From NCBI RefSeq assembly GCF_963921235.1, contig NC_086097.1, positions 207,082,001 to 207,146,000 on the forward strand: a stretch of 64,000 nt of DNA. The letters are read 5' to 3'. The stretch comes from Mobula hypostoma. Lineage: Eukaryota. How positions within the stretch are numbered: position 1 is the first letter of the stretch; each line of letters begins with the position of its first letter. The position numbers were made by a program, and so were the translations under genes. The notes under the pieces were generated by a model, which saw only the letters and a program-made list of their open reading frames with translations, was not told the DNA's origin and ran no database searches. This document shows positions 1 to 12,427 of this stretch, in pieces.

Positions 1-975
1 AGTTGAGAGGAGTTACCTCCACTTATTCAAGAGCCAAATAGTTGACAGGTAGTGACTCCTGCTGAACCTGGTTGTCTAGATCCAAAGGCTCCTGTACTGT
101 CTTCCTAACGGCAGCAGAGAGAAACGAGCATGGCCTGGGTGGTAGGGTCCTTGATGACAGATCCTGCTTTCCCGTAACAGCATTCTGTGTAGATGTCCTC
201 AATGGTGGAGAGGGCTTTACCCATGATGCACTGGGCCATAGCCACTGTTGTTTGTAGCATTTTCCTTTCAAGGGCATTGGTATTTCTAAACGAAGTCATG
301 ATGCAACCAGTTAATATACTCTCCACCACACATCAATAGAAGTTTGTCAAAGTTTTAGATGCCATGCCAAATCTTTGTAAACTTCTAAGGAAATATTGGT
401 TTTCCCATAATTGCTTTTATATGCTGCACCCAGTACAGATTCTCAGAAAATATAATACCAAGGAATTTTAGGTTGCTGACCCTCTCCACCTCTGATTTCC
501 TGGTCAGGATTGGCTCATATACTGCTGGTTTCCTCTGACTGAAGTTAATAATTAGCTCCTTGATCTTGCTGACATTGATTAAGGGATTGTTGTTGAGCAC
601 CACTCAGCCAGATTTTCAATCACCCTCCTATATGCTGTTTCATCACAACTTTTGATTTGGGCAATGACAGTGCTGTCCAAATATTCCAGGGTTGATTGTG
701 GTGGACTTGTTGTGCCGGTATCCAAATTGGAGTGGATCCAACTTTCTTCTCAGTCAGGAGTTGATATGTTTCATCTACGACCTCTCAATGCAATTCATCA
801 CAGTGGATGTAAGTGGTACTGAACAATAGTCATTGAGGTAGGTTATCTTGTTCTTCTTTGGCACTGGTATAATGGAAGCCTGCTTGAAGAGTGGGAGTAC
901 CTCAGACTGCCAAAGCAAGAGGTTAAAGATATCAGTAAACACTCCAGCCAGTTGATCAGCACAGGTCTTTATAAC
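1..975 (-). mobile_element. Degraded Rex1/Babar-type LINE, RT C-terminal part and 3' end
   Basis: Minus ORF 385-603 INVSKIKELIINF...VERVSNLKFLGIIFSENLYW and 105-329 VESILTGCI...IKDP are typical late-RT/post-RT motifs of this LINE group; related copies at 41680-42275 and 44290-44670. Confidence 0.75.
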
Positions 976-999
976 TTGGCCAACTCAATTCAATTAATC

Positions 1000-1870
1000 A
1001 GAAAAGGAACGGAAAATAGGAATAAACTGATATTTTCTTCTGAGTGGTTCAAAGTGACTGATGGAACACGATTACTATTTACAAGATACATCAAAAATTT
1101 GAATGAAGGAACTAATACAATGTCTTCAAGTTTACAGATGATACAAAGCTCAGTATTGCTCAGGGGTGTACTAGTTGTGAGGAATTTGCAAAGTGGTTTC
1201 AGTATGTTTTACACAAGCTGGTTGAAGGGGCAAGGGCATAGTAATTGGAGTTTAATGTGGATAAGTGTACAATTATCCACTTTGTTTCTAAAGGCAATAA
1301 AAAAGACATTATCAGTTGAATATTTACAGATTGGGAATGAGGAAGTAGCAAGGAAGAAGTAAGTGGCTGTTTGAAGGAGCATGTCAGAGCCTCATCGGGA
1401 ATGAGTCACTGTTTGAGCCAAGAAAGGAGGTGTAAGCGAAGCAGCCATTGTTGGAGTGGGGTAGTGTTAGAGTGGGCAACTCAACAGGCTTGGACAAGCA
1501 TAGACACAAGCTTTAAGTAAGTTTCCAGTAAGTTGTTTTTTTTTCTGTTAGTACATAGCTAGTGTGTTGAGAATGGTTCCAGATTTAGTGGTAGGTACCT
1601 TGTGTGAGATGTAGGCACTTTGGGAGACCTCTGGTCTCCCTAATAACCACATCAGCATGAGATGTAGCTTCTTAGAGACCATGTTAAGGAATTGGTACTA
1701 CAGCTCAAAGACCTTAGGTTCATATGGGAGAATCGGGAGGTGATAGATAAGAGCTACAGAGATGTAGCCATCCCTAAGTTGTAGAAGGCAGTTACCTGGT
1801 AACTGTCAGGAGACAGGGGAATAAGTAGCCTATGCAGAGTATCTCCTTTGGTCACTACCCTCAATAATAT
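1000..1870 (+). mobile_element. Old CR1 LINE fragments (RT piece, then 5'UTR/ORF1 piece)
   Basis: LLFTRYIKNLNEG followed by frameshifted SKFTDDTK (CR1 RT FADD region); 1570-1860 resembles the CR1 ORF1 start seen at 15710-16000. Confidence 0.55.
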
Positions 1871-1874
1871 TTAA

Positions 1875-2215
1875 CTTACTTAATAGATCTAGCCATTCCA
1901 AACACATGTAACTTACAGAAATCAGTAAGTGAAAAACACCAGAAATATGCCGAATTAAAAGAGGAAATTAAAATACCTTGGAACATGAACAGGGTATATA
2001 TTGTCCTGATAGTAATCACCCCAAAGGCACTACACAAAAGCGTTAAACAGTTAGGTCTTCACAGCAATGTCTCTGTAAATCTTCAGAAAGCCACAATACT
2101 GAACACTACTAGAATAGTCCAAAAGTTCCTAGCAACTGAGAAATGAGCATGCTTGGCTATGTCAGCACTTGAGCTGAGGGAAAAATGAGTTTTGATAATA
2201 ATAATATTAGAGTAG
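1875..2215 (+). mobile_element. 3' end of R4/Dong-like (RLE) LINE
   Basis: Clearly homologous to 36990-37320 (ttcagaaagccacaatact...aatagtccaaaagttcctag); ends in an (ata)n tail. Confidence 0.7.
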
Positions 2216-2540
2216 CAAAGGCAGCAACTCGCGGCAATTTGGTGCTTTGAGTAGCGCACAATCACCGTTCAGGATAAATTGGCAAGAACAAATTAAGGTA
2301 ACGTAGGAACAAGCAGAGCAGCCACCATTACAGTGGTCAGAGCTAGACTGGAGATAGGGTTGATAGATAGGACACATGGAGGGGTAGTTACACCCAAAGT
2401 GTAGGACCCAGAAAACTGGGTGAAAGTCAGAAAGGGGAAAGGGGTTAAATGGCCAGTGCAGACGACCCCTGTGACCATCCCCCTCAACAGCAGATAACTC
2501 ACTTTGGATACTGCTGGGGGGGAGTGGGGAGGGTTGAGAT

Positions 2541-3126
2541 TGTTAGAGTGATTTTTGGGTTTAGGTCATTTACGTTTAGCAAATGGCTTCGGCCACCCGT
2601 CTTCTGTTCCTTGACAATATATTGTGGATTTACTTTGTAACAATGCATTTCCGAAAAGCTGTGAATCCCAGTCCACAGACGATGCTGGTACCTGTGGGAT
2701 GGATGTGAACCAGAAGGTGTGAAGTTTGCACGTAGTTTCAAAGAAAGCATTATCTATACTTTGTAAATATGGAATTGTCCTTTATATTTGGCACATAAAA
2801 TACCAAATAAATGTATTGTGGATTCAGTTTGGAACAACAGGTTCCTAAAAGCCCAGTCCAGACGCTGCTGGTGCCTGTGGGATGGATGTGAATCAGAAGG
2901 TGTGAAGTTTGTATGTAGCTTCAAAAAAAAAGCATTGTCTATACTTTGTAAATATGGAATTGTCCTTTGTGTTTAGCAAATAAATATTGAGCCCCACATT
3001 GCGCCAGCAGACCTATCCACCAAAAGCGTCTCCATAAGATGCCCGCTGTACTTTGTTTTGTCAAATAAAGGGGCTACTTTGTATCTACCAGTAACTCTCT
3101 CCAGTGATTTCATTCACACAAAAACA
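2541..3126 (+). mobile_element. Solo LTR (586 bp) with internal ~185-bp tandem duplication
   Basis: TGT...ACA termini; flanks gagat/gggat (4/5 TSD) interrupting CR1 ORF1; AATAAA near 3064; duplicated block ~2665-2810 vs ~2850-2990. Confidence 0.7.
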
Positions 3127-3619
3127 GGGATGACCTAGCAGAGGCAAGTCACAGCAGTCACAGAGATACAACTCAAACGGGAAGTTGGGGAGGAGAGGTG
3201 AGCTGCGGTGACAGGGGATTCATTAGTTAGGGAAACAGAAAGGAGGTTCTGTGGACAAGAACAAGATTTCCGGATGGTACGTTGCCTCCTGGGTGCCAGG
3301 GTCTGGCACATCTTAGATTGAGTCTTCAGCATTCTGGGTGAGCAGCCAGAGGTTGTGCCCCATGTAGGTACGAATGATATTGGTAGGAAGTGTGATGAGG
3401 TTCTGCAAAGTGAGTTCAGGGAGTTAGGTGCTAAGTTAAAGGACAGGACATCCAAGGTTGTGATCTTAGGATTGCTACCAGCACCACTTGCTCATAAGGC
3501 CAGAAATAGGAAGATTATACAGTTTAACACATAGATAAGGATTTGCTGTAGGAAGGAAGGCATAGGATTTTTAGATCATTGGACTCTCTTCCAAGGAAGG
3601 TGGGACAGGTTCAGAAGTT

Positions 3620-4745
3620 AGGAGCTTAGGAGGGTTAATGGCACCTAACAACAACTCCCTTGCTTGCATCTTTGGAAACAGCTTTATTTCCATCTTTAAT
3701 ATCTCTATTTTTCCCTTTCAGGGTTCTTTTGAAGACGCTTACCTGGAGTTACACACTGAGTACAGTTTGTTGTGGGAATGGGACCTACGCTCGGGGTTCC
3801 ATAAATGGCTGTTGCTCAGCTGCCAAAGTATCAGCATAAGAGTCCAGCTTGAATTCAGAAGCCTAGGATCTTGGGGCTCTGGGGACAGGAAGATCGAGGG
3901 TTGGTGTCAGACAGGAGACACGTGTGTCATCGGGGAGTCGGGATATCTGCTGTGTGCCTGGAGACCCGGGATCTTTGCGATCTTCAGGCACAGAGCTTGA
4001 AAAAAGCGACATAATGGACTTTTAACATTGTAAACCAGTGAGCTGTTTGTGATGTCTCCTCACTCACTGGGAAAATGGAGACACCTCTTTCTCCCTTATT
4101 AGGGAATGTCAGATACTGGGTGAAACAGGAAGACTTGGGGTAACTGCAAGTCTGTGTCTTTGCTATTACATTGCTCACACTTGACTGCTCAGTGGCGGTG
4201 CCGGTGCTTGCTCTTTTTTAGCAGGTGGGGGGAGGAGGGAATGTTGCTTGCTGCTGCTTACGCGAGGTAGGCGGGAACTGGGGGTAACTTTGGGGTTCTG
4301 TTTTTTTGCGTGTGCGTGCGTGTGCGTCTGTGCATGTGCGTTTGCCTGTGTGTGCGTGCGTCCGTCATGATGTCTTTTTCATGGCTTTTTACAAGGTGCG
4401 GAACAAGAGAGAGAGACTGTGTGGTGCGTTACTCCTCACACAGACATTTTCACAGTACTTTCCCTTTATTTTACGAGGCCGAGTTGCGATCTCGACACTC
4501 AACCCGGCACGGATGGAAAGCGTACTCAGGAGTGGACCCGACTGGTTTCGAACCAGTGAACTTCTGCTCCCGGGTCTGGTGCTGATGTCATTGCACCACG
4601 AGCTGGCCCGGGGTTCTAACATTTAACTGTTGTTCATTCTTTAGGGCACTCCTCTGTTTTCGTGGATGGTTGCAAAGAAAAATCATTTCAAGATGTATAT
4701 TGTATACATTTCTCTGACATTAAATTGTACCTTTGAACCTTTGAG
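3620..4745 (+). repeat. Non-coding interspersed repeat ending in a (ctttgaa)n-type LINE tail
   Basis: Interrupts CR1 ORF1; its 3' end (gatgtatattgtatacatttctctgac...tacctttgaa) recurs at 28670-28726. Confidence 0.5.
4300..4609 (-). mobile_element. tRNA-derived SINE
   Basis: Minus strand A-box-like TGGTGCAATGAC and B-box GGTTCGAAACC; (gcac)n/A tail; 8-bp TSD ggggttct (4292-4299 / 4610-4617). Confidence 0.85.
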
Positions 4746-5063
4746 TTACAGTTTGAACCTGAACTGGAGAGGGACTAATATCCAAATGGAAATGTTTGCT
4801 AGTACTGCTCAGTGGGGTTTAAACGAGAGTTGCATGGGGATGGGAACCAGAACGCCAGAAACATTAGTGGAGAGGTTGTGGAGACAGATGTCAGGAATCA
4901 AAAGGTTGAACATGGTGCGACTAGTGTCCTGAGCTGTGTATACATCAATGCAAGAAGTATTGTAGGAAAGAAGGCAGATGAGCTCAGGACATGGATTAAC
5001 ACCAGGAACTGTGATATTGTAGCCATTAGTGAGACTTGGCTGCAAAAGGGACAGAATTGGTAG

Positions 5064-5260
5064 CTACACACATCAAAGTTGCTGGTGAACGCAGCAGGCC
5101 AGGCAGCATCTCTAGGAAGAGGTGCAGTCGACATTTCAGGCCGAGACCCTTTGTCAGGACTCCTTCGTTCACCAGCCCTAGAGATGCTGCCTGGTCTGCT
5201 GCGTTCACCAGCAACTTTGATGTGTGTTGCTTGAATTTCCAGCATCTGCAGAATTCCTGT
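5064..5260. mobile_element. Palindromic mini Penelope pseudo-LTR insertion
   Basis: Inverted arms acacacatcaaagttgctggtgaacgcagcagg / ctgctgcgttcaccagcaactttgatgtgtgt; 13-bp TSD agaattggtagct. Confidence 0.85.
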
Positions 5261-6414
5261 AGAATTGGTAGCTCAATATTCCACAGTTCTGTTATTTAAG
5301 ATGTGCAAGAGTGGGAGTGATTAAAGGCGGGGGCGTCAAGGAAAATGTCATGGCAATGCCATCAGGACAGACTGGAGAACATGTCTAGTGTGGCAATGTG
5401 GGTGGAACTGAGTAATAAGAAAGATATGACCATATTAATGGGGCTAAAGTAGAGACCACCCAACAGCCTGAGGGATTTAGAGGAACACATTTGCAGAGAG
5501 ATCACAGACTGCTGCAAAAAACATAGGTTGGTATAGTAGGTGATTTGATCTTTCCACATATTGACTGGGAATCCCATACTGCAAATGGACTAAATAGGAT
5601 AGAGTTTGTCAAATGTGTTCAGGAAAGTTTCCTTCATCAGTACATAGATTCAGGAAAGTTTCCTTCATCAGTACATAGAAGTCCCAACGAGAGAGTGTGT
5701 GACACTTGTTCTGCCATTAGGGAATGAGACAGGGCAGGTGACAAAAGTCTGTGAAGGAAACATTTTGTAGGGCATAATGATCACATTATTAGTTTCAAAG
5801 TAATTAGGCAAAAAGTTAGGTCTGTTTGGCAGGTTGAGAGATAAAATTGGAGAAATGTTGATTTTGATGGTATCAGAAAGGATCTGGCAAGTGTGGATTG
5901 GAACAGATTTTTTTTCTGGCAAAAGTGTAATTTCAGGAGGCCTGCTAAAGTGAAATTTTGAGAGTACAAAGTTTCTATCTGCCTGTCAGAATAAAAGATG
6001 AAGATAACAGGTCTTCAAGAGGTATTGAGACCCTAGTAGGAAAAAAAGGAGGTGCATAGCAGCTATAGGCAGGTAGGGACAAGTGAGGTGCTTATGGAGT
6101 ATGAAAAATGCAAGAGAACGCTTAAGAAAGAAATCAGGAAAGCTAAAAGCTGAAGGTAAAAGAGAATCCTAAGGGATTTTACAGATAAGTTAAGAGCAAA
6201 AGGATTGCAAAGGACAAAATTGGACCTCTAGAAGATCAGAATGGTAATCCATGTGTAGAGCCAAAACAAATGGGGGAGATTTTAAATAGATTTTTTGCTT
6301 CTGCATTTACTCTGGAGATGAACACAGAGTCTATTGAAGTGCGGGAAAGCGGTTTCAAATTTATGAACCCTATACGCATTACAGAGGAGGTGTCTAAAGG
6401 CATATTTAAAAAAA

Positions 6415-6955
6415 CATAGAAACATAGAAAAACTATGGCACAATAGAGGCCCTTCGGCCTACAAAGCTGTGTCAAAAATATCCTTACCTTAGACACTACC
6501 TACGGTTACCCATAGCCCTCTATTTCTCTGAACTCCATATACCTGTCCAAGAGTCTCTTAAAAGGCCCTATTGCATCCGCCTCCACCACCGTCATCGGCA
6601 GCCCATTCCACGCACTCACCACTCGCTGCGTAAAAAAACCTACTCCTGACATCTCCTCTGTACCTACTTCCATGCACCTTAAAACTGTGCCCTCTCGTGC
6701 TAACTATTTCATCCCTGGGAAAAGGCCTCTGACTATCCACACAATCAATGCTTCTCACCATCGTATACACCTCTATCAGGTCACCTCTCATCCTCTGTCG
6801 CTCCAAGGAAAAAAAGCCAAGTTCATCTAACCTATTCTCATAATGCATGCTCCCTATTCCAGGCAACATCCTCGTAAATCTCCTCTGCACCCTTTCTATG
6901 ATTTCCACATCCTTCCTATAGTGAGGCAACCAGAATTGAGCACAGTACTCCACAC
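6415..6955 (-). mobile_element. CR1 3' fragment
   Basis: EYCAQFWLPHYRKDVEIIERVQRRFTRM...RGDLIEVY; (ttctatgt)n tail. Confidence 0.9.
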
Positions 6956-8000
6956 CACTCATATTAGAGTCGATAAATCCCCAGGGACTGGCAAAGTGTT
7001 CCCATAGACCTTGTGCGAGGCTAGTGCAGGAATTGCAGGAGACCTAGTGAGATATTTAAAACATACTTAGCCATGAGTGAGGTGTCAGATGATTGGAAGA
7101 TAGCTAATGTTGTACCATTGTTTAAGAAATGCTCTAAGAATAAGCCAAGAAACTGAATATGTAATAATATGGATAGATAGGGACTGGTTAGGGATAGTCA
7201 ACATGGGTATAAGGTAAGTTGTGCCTAACCAATCTTACAGATTTTGTTTGAGGACATTACCAAGAAAGTTGATGAAGGCAAGCTAGTAGATGTTGCCTAC
7301 ATGGACTTTAGCACGGCCTTTGTCAAGGGCTCCATAGGAGGTTTGTCAAGAAAGTTCAGTCCCTTGGCATTCACGATGTGGTAGTAAATTGGATCAGACA
7401 TTGGCTTCATGAAAGAAACCAGAGAGTGGTTGTAGCTGGTTGCCTCTCTGACTGGAGGCCTGTGACCAATGGGGGGCAATAGGGATTGGCGCTGAGTCCA
7501 TTGTTAGTTGTCCTCTGTATCAACAGTCAGGATGATATGTTGGTAAATTGGATCAGCAATTTTATGGATGACACCAAGATGGATGGCAAGGAAGACTATC
7601 AAAGTTTCTAGCAGGATCTGCATAAGGTGGAGAAATGCAATGAAAATGGAAAAATGAATTTAATGCAGACAACTGTGAGGTGTTGCACCTTGGGAGGACA
7701 AACTAGGGTACCTCTGACATGGTGAGAGATAGAGCACTGAGGAGTACGGTAGAACAGAGGGATCTGAGAATACAGACCTATAATTCCTTGAAAGTGGCAT
7801 CACAGGTAGATAAGGTAATAAGGAAATCATTTGGCACATTGGCCTGCAGAAATCAATGTATTGAGTACAAGAGATGGAATGTTATGTTGAGACTTTATAA
7901 TATGTTGATGAGGATTAATTTAGAGTATTGTGTGCAGTTATGGCACCTACCTACCGGAAAGATGTAAATAAGAGCGCAGAGAAAATTTACAAGGATGTTG

Positions 8001-9225
8001 GCAACACTCACAACATGCTGGAGGAACTCAGCAGGTCGGGCAGCATCCGTGGAAACGATCAGTCGACGTTTCGGCCGGAACCCTTCTTCGGGACTGGAGG
8101 AGGAAGGGGCAGAGGCCCTATAAAGAAGGTGGGGGGAGGTTGGGAAGGAGAAGGCTGGTAGGTTCCAGGTGAAAAACCAGTAAGGGGAAAGATAAAGGGG
8201 TGGGGGAAGGGAAGCAGGGAGGGGATAGGCAGGAAAGGTGAAGAAAGAATAGGGGAAAACACAATGGGTAGTAGAAGGAAGCGGAACCATGAGGGAGGTG
8301 GTAGGCAGCTGGGGGAGGGGGCAGAGTGACATAGGGATAGGGGAAGGAAGGGGGAGGGAATTACCGGAAGTTGGAGAATTCTATGTTCATACCAAGGGGC
8401 TGGAAACTACCTAGACGGTATACGAGGTATTGCATCTCCAACCTGAGTTTAGTCTCATCATGGCAGTAGGTGCGGAGGTGCCCCAATCTGCGTCGGGTTT
8501 CACCAATGTAGAGGAGGCCGCACCGGGAGCACCGGATGCAATAGATAACCCCAACAGACTCGCAAGACCGGATGCAATAGATGACCCCAATGGACGACAC
8601 AGATTGGGGGACCGCTTCGTCAAGCACCTCTGCTCCATCCACTAAAATAGACAGGATCTCTCAGTAGCCACCCACTTCAACTCTGCTTCCCACTCCCATT
8701 CAGATATGCCCATACATGGCCTCCTCTACTGCCATGATGAGGCTAAACTCAGGTTGGAGGAGCAACACCTCATATACCGTCTAGGTAGTCTCCAGCCTCT
8801 TGGTATGAACATAGAATTCTCCAACTTCCGGTAATTCCCTCCCCCTCCCTTCCCCTATCCCTATGTCACTCTGCCCCCTCCCCCAGCTGCCTACCACCTC
8901 CCTCATGGTTCCGCTTCCTTCTACTACCCATTGTGTTTTCCCCTATTCTTTCTTCACTTTTCCTGCCTATCACCTCCCTGCCTCCCTTCCCCCACCCCTT
9001 TATCTTTCCCCTTACTGGTTTTTCAACTGAACCTACCAGCCTTCTCCTTCCCACCCTCCCCCCATCTTCTTTATAGGGCCTCTGCCCCTTCCTCCTCCAG
9101 TCCTGACGAAGGGTTCCGGCTGGAAATATCAACTGATCGTTTCCACGGATGCTGCCCGACCTGCTGAGTTCTTCCAGTGTGTTGTGAGTGTTGTTTTGAT
9201 ACCAGCATCTGCAGATTATTTTGTG
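8001..9225. mobile_element. Penelope-like element, inverted double 3' end with GIY-YIG fragments
   Basis: GVIYCIRCSRCGLLYIGETRRRLG (GIY-YIG); mirror-image pseudo-LTR arms; 15-bp TSD tttacaaggatgttg (7986-8000 / 9226-9240). Confidence 0.9.
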
Positions 9226-9592
9226 TTTACAAGGATGTTGCCAGGACTTGAGGACATGAGTTTTAGGGAAAGATTGAATAGGCTAGGAGTTTATTCCCTG
9301 GAACATAGAAGATTGAGGGAAGATTAGATAAAGGTAAATAAAATTATGAGAGGCATAGATAGAGTAAATGCCAGCAGGCTTTTTCCACTGAGGTTTGTTG
9401 AAACTATAGCTAGATGTCATAGGTTAAAAGTGAAAGGTGAAATGTTTAAGGAGAACATGAGGGGGAACTTCTTCACTCAAAAGGTGGTGAAAATGTGGAA
9501 TGAGGTCCCAGCGCAAGTACTGGATGTGGATTTGATTTCAACTTTTAAGAGAAATTTGGATAGGAACATGGATGAGATAGTATGGAGGGCTA

Positions 9593-11220
9593 CAGTGGCA
9601 TGAAAAGGTTTGAGCACCCCTGGTCAAAATTTCTGTTACTGTGAATAGCTAAGCGAGTAAAAGATGAACTGATTTCCAAAAGGCATAAAGTTAAAGACGA
9701 CATATTTCTTTAATATTTTAAGGAAGATTACTTTTTTATTTCCATCTTTTACAGTTTAAAAATAACAAAAAAGGAAAAGGGCCTGAAGCAAAAGTTTGGG
9801 CACCCTGCATGGTCAGTACTTAGTAACACCCCCTTTGGCAAGTATCACAGCTTGTAAACGCTTTCTGTAGCCAGCTAAGAATCTTTCAATTCTTGTTTGG
9901 GGGACTTTCGCCCATTCTTCCTTGCAAAAGACATCTAGTTCTGTGAGATTCTTGGGCCGTCTTGCATGCACTGCTCTTTTGAGGTCTGTCCACAGATTTT
10001 CAATGATGTTTAGGTCGGGGGACTGTGAGGGCCATGGCAAACCTTCAGCTTGCGCCTCTTGAGGTAGTCCATTGTGGATTTTGAGGTGTATTTAGGATTA
10101 TTATCCTGTGGTAGAAGCCATCCTTTTTTCATCTTCAGCTTTTTTACAGACAGTGTGATGTTTGCTACCAGAATTTGCTGGTATTTAATTGAATTCATTC
10201 TTCCCTGGTACCAGTGAAATGTTCCCCGTGCCAATGGCTGCAACACAAGCCCAAAGCATGATCGATCCACCCCCGTGCTTAACAGTTAGAGAAGTGTTCT
10301 TTTCATGAAATTCTGTACCCTTTTTTCTCCAAACATACAGTACCTTTGTTCATTATGGCCAAAACATTCTATTTTAACTTCATCAGTCCACAGGACCTGT
10401 TTTCTAAATGCATCAGGCTTGATTAGATGCTCCTTTGCAAATATCTAATGCTGAATTTTGTAGTGAGGATGCAGGAAATGCTTTCTTCTGATGACTCTTC
10501 CATGAAGGTCGTATTTGTGCAGGTGTCGCTGTACAGTAGAACAGTGCACCTCCACTCCAGAGTCTGCTAAATCTTCCTGAAAGTCTTTTGCAGTCAAACG
10601 GGGGTTTTGATTTGCCTTTCTAGCAATCCTACGAACAGTTCTCTTGGAAAGTTTTCTTGGTCTTCCAGACCTCAACTTGACCTCCACCATTCCTGTTAAC
10701 TGCCATTTCTTAATTACATTATGAACTGAGGAAACGGCTACCTGAAAATGCTTTGCTATCTTCTTATAGCCTTCTCCTGCTTTGTGGGTATCAATTATTT
10801 TAATTTTCAGAGTGCTAGGCAGCTGCTTAGAGAAGCCCATGGCTGCTAATTGTTGGGACAAGGTTTGAGGAGACAGGGTATTTATAAAGCTTTGAAATTT
10901 GCATAACCTGGCCTTTCCTACTGATGATTCTGAACAACCCATAGCCCTAACAAGCTAATTAAGGTCTGAGACCTTGGTAAAAGTTATCTGAGAGCTCAAA
11001 TCTCTTGGGGTACCCAAAGCTTTGCATGGTGCTCCTTTCCTTTTTTTCACTACAAAATTGTACAAAACAAAAATAATGCACTAATCTTACTTAAAATGTT
11101 GAAAAGAATGTTTCACCTTTAACTTCATGAGTTTTGGAGATCAGTTCATCTTCTACTCACTTAACTATTCACAGTAACGGAAACTTTGACCAGTGGTGCC
11201 CAAACGTTTGCATGCCACTG
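9593..11220 (-). mobile_element. Tc1 DNA transposon, full length, frameshifted DD34E transposase
   Basis: ~200-bp TIRs cagtggcatg...; left TA TSD; paired-like HTH GYKKIAK...SGRPRK, QDNNPK, WPSQSPDLNIIENLW in minus ORFs 10445-10942, 10010-10270, 9813-10040. Confidence 0.95.
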
Positions 11221-12078
11221 TGTGGTCTTGATGCATGTTGATGAAACTAGGCAGCTTAATAGTTCAGCATAGGTCAGATAGACCAAAGGGTCTATTTCTG
11301 TGCCTGTAGTGTTCTATGATTATACGACTCTAGGAAGGTGAAATGAGACCCAGATATCGTTGTGCATTAGCTGTTGAAAGCAGTTAGCAGTTCAAATGGC
11401 AAATGTTATGTTGTTTTTCATTGGGATAGGATATAAATATAAGAAAAAGGATGTTTTGCTGCAAAGAATTAGTGAGAACCCTTCTGGAATTTTGTGTGCA
11501 CTTCTTATCCAAGAAAGGATGGTCTTGTGAAGGAAAGTATGCAACGAGGATTTGCTAGACTTATTTATTCATATGGTAGAACTGATACTTGAAGAGAGGA
11601 GGGGCCAATTAGGCCCATATTCAGTGCAGTATAGAAGAACAACAGAAAATCTCAAGATCAAAGGAAACTGCAAATTTATTAACTATTATCAAATTCCCCA
11701 ATTATTTCAACTCACTGAATCCTAGACATGGGTCAGAAATCTTAAAGACTGTTTTTTATATGGGATGTCATGCCCAAAATGAAAGACTTTCACATGACAA
11801 CTTAAATCATTCTAAGGGCAGTTTTCACAATTTAACAGGATAGCTAATCTCAATAAGGATAATTTAATTTTGACTGATTTCTTAAAATAAAATAGAATAC
11901 AATTTGAATAGGGAAAACCACAGTCAGTTATGCAGAGATTTTAAAAAGACAATATCCTGCACCTCATCAGAGTGGAAAAGTAATCTTCTCTTTCCTTCAT
12001 TATTATTTGTTACACTAATTATTGACCCTGGATTTCCTGACAGCATGAACATCACACACTCAGTGTCGCCCTTCTTAC

Positions 12079-12152
12079 CTGTTAGGTTGACACTTATCTG
12101 CAGTGAATCTTAAACAGGCAACCTTCTTAGGAGAGCCAATTCCAAACTGGTA
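12079..12152 (-). CDS. Candidate host coding exon (74 nt; YQFGIGSPKKVACLRFTADKCQPN), gene unidentified
   Basis: Long polypyrimidine tract ending ttctttctag and donor CAG|gtaag; only one open frame; lies in non-repetitive sequence. Confidence 0.55.
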
Positions 12153-12427
12153 CTAGAAAGAAATAGAAGGAATTATTTGAGAAGAGAGGAATGAGTAGAA
12201 GCAAAGTGTTATGTGGGAAATAAGAGTGACAGAACTTATTAATTGCTGGAAAGCTGAAATAAAAGAGAATGCTACAAATATTCAGCGGGTCAGGCAGCAT
12301 CTATAGAGAAAGAAAAAATAAGTTAATCATTTGTGTTGATGACCCTTCATCAGATCTGACCAGTTTTAATACAAACTGGAAAGATTGGTTATTTTAAATT
12401 GTTGAATTTAATGTTGAAGAATTCCAG

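Larger units (their letters stand above)
2215..9592 (+). mobile_element. Long degraded CR1 LINE (ORF1 esterase + ORF2 EN/RT) hosting several nested insertions
   Basis: ORF1 GDSLVRE...HVGTNDIGRK...GLLP (3215-3480); endonuclease YINARSI...AISETW (4940-5040); RT motifs 6960-7980; 3' end RGIDRVNASRLFP...FFTQKVV (9346-9590). Confidence 0.8.

Noticed and set aside
5616..5680. Short direct repeat (ttcaggaaagtttccttcatcagtacataga) as CRISPR-like array
   Set aside because: Two adjacent copies without spacer inside CR1; a simple tandem duplication in eukaryotic DNA.
12008..12152. 3' LTR R/U5 with major splice donor and TGTAACA end
   Set aside because: Donor-to-end distance too short, no TATA or polyA in suitable positions and no counterpart at the 5' copy; better explained as a host exon.
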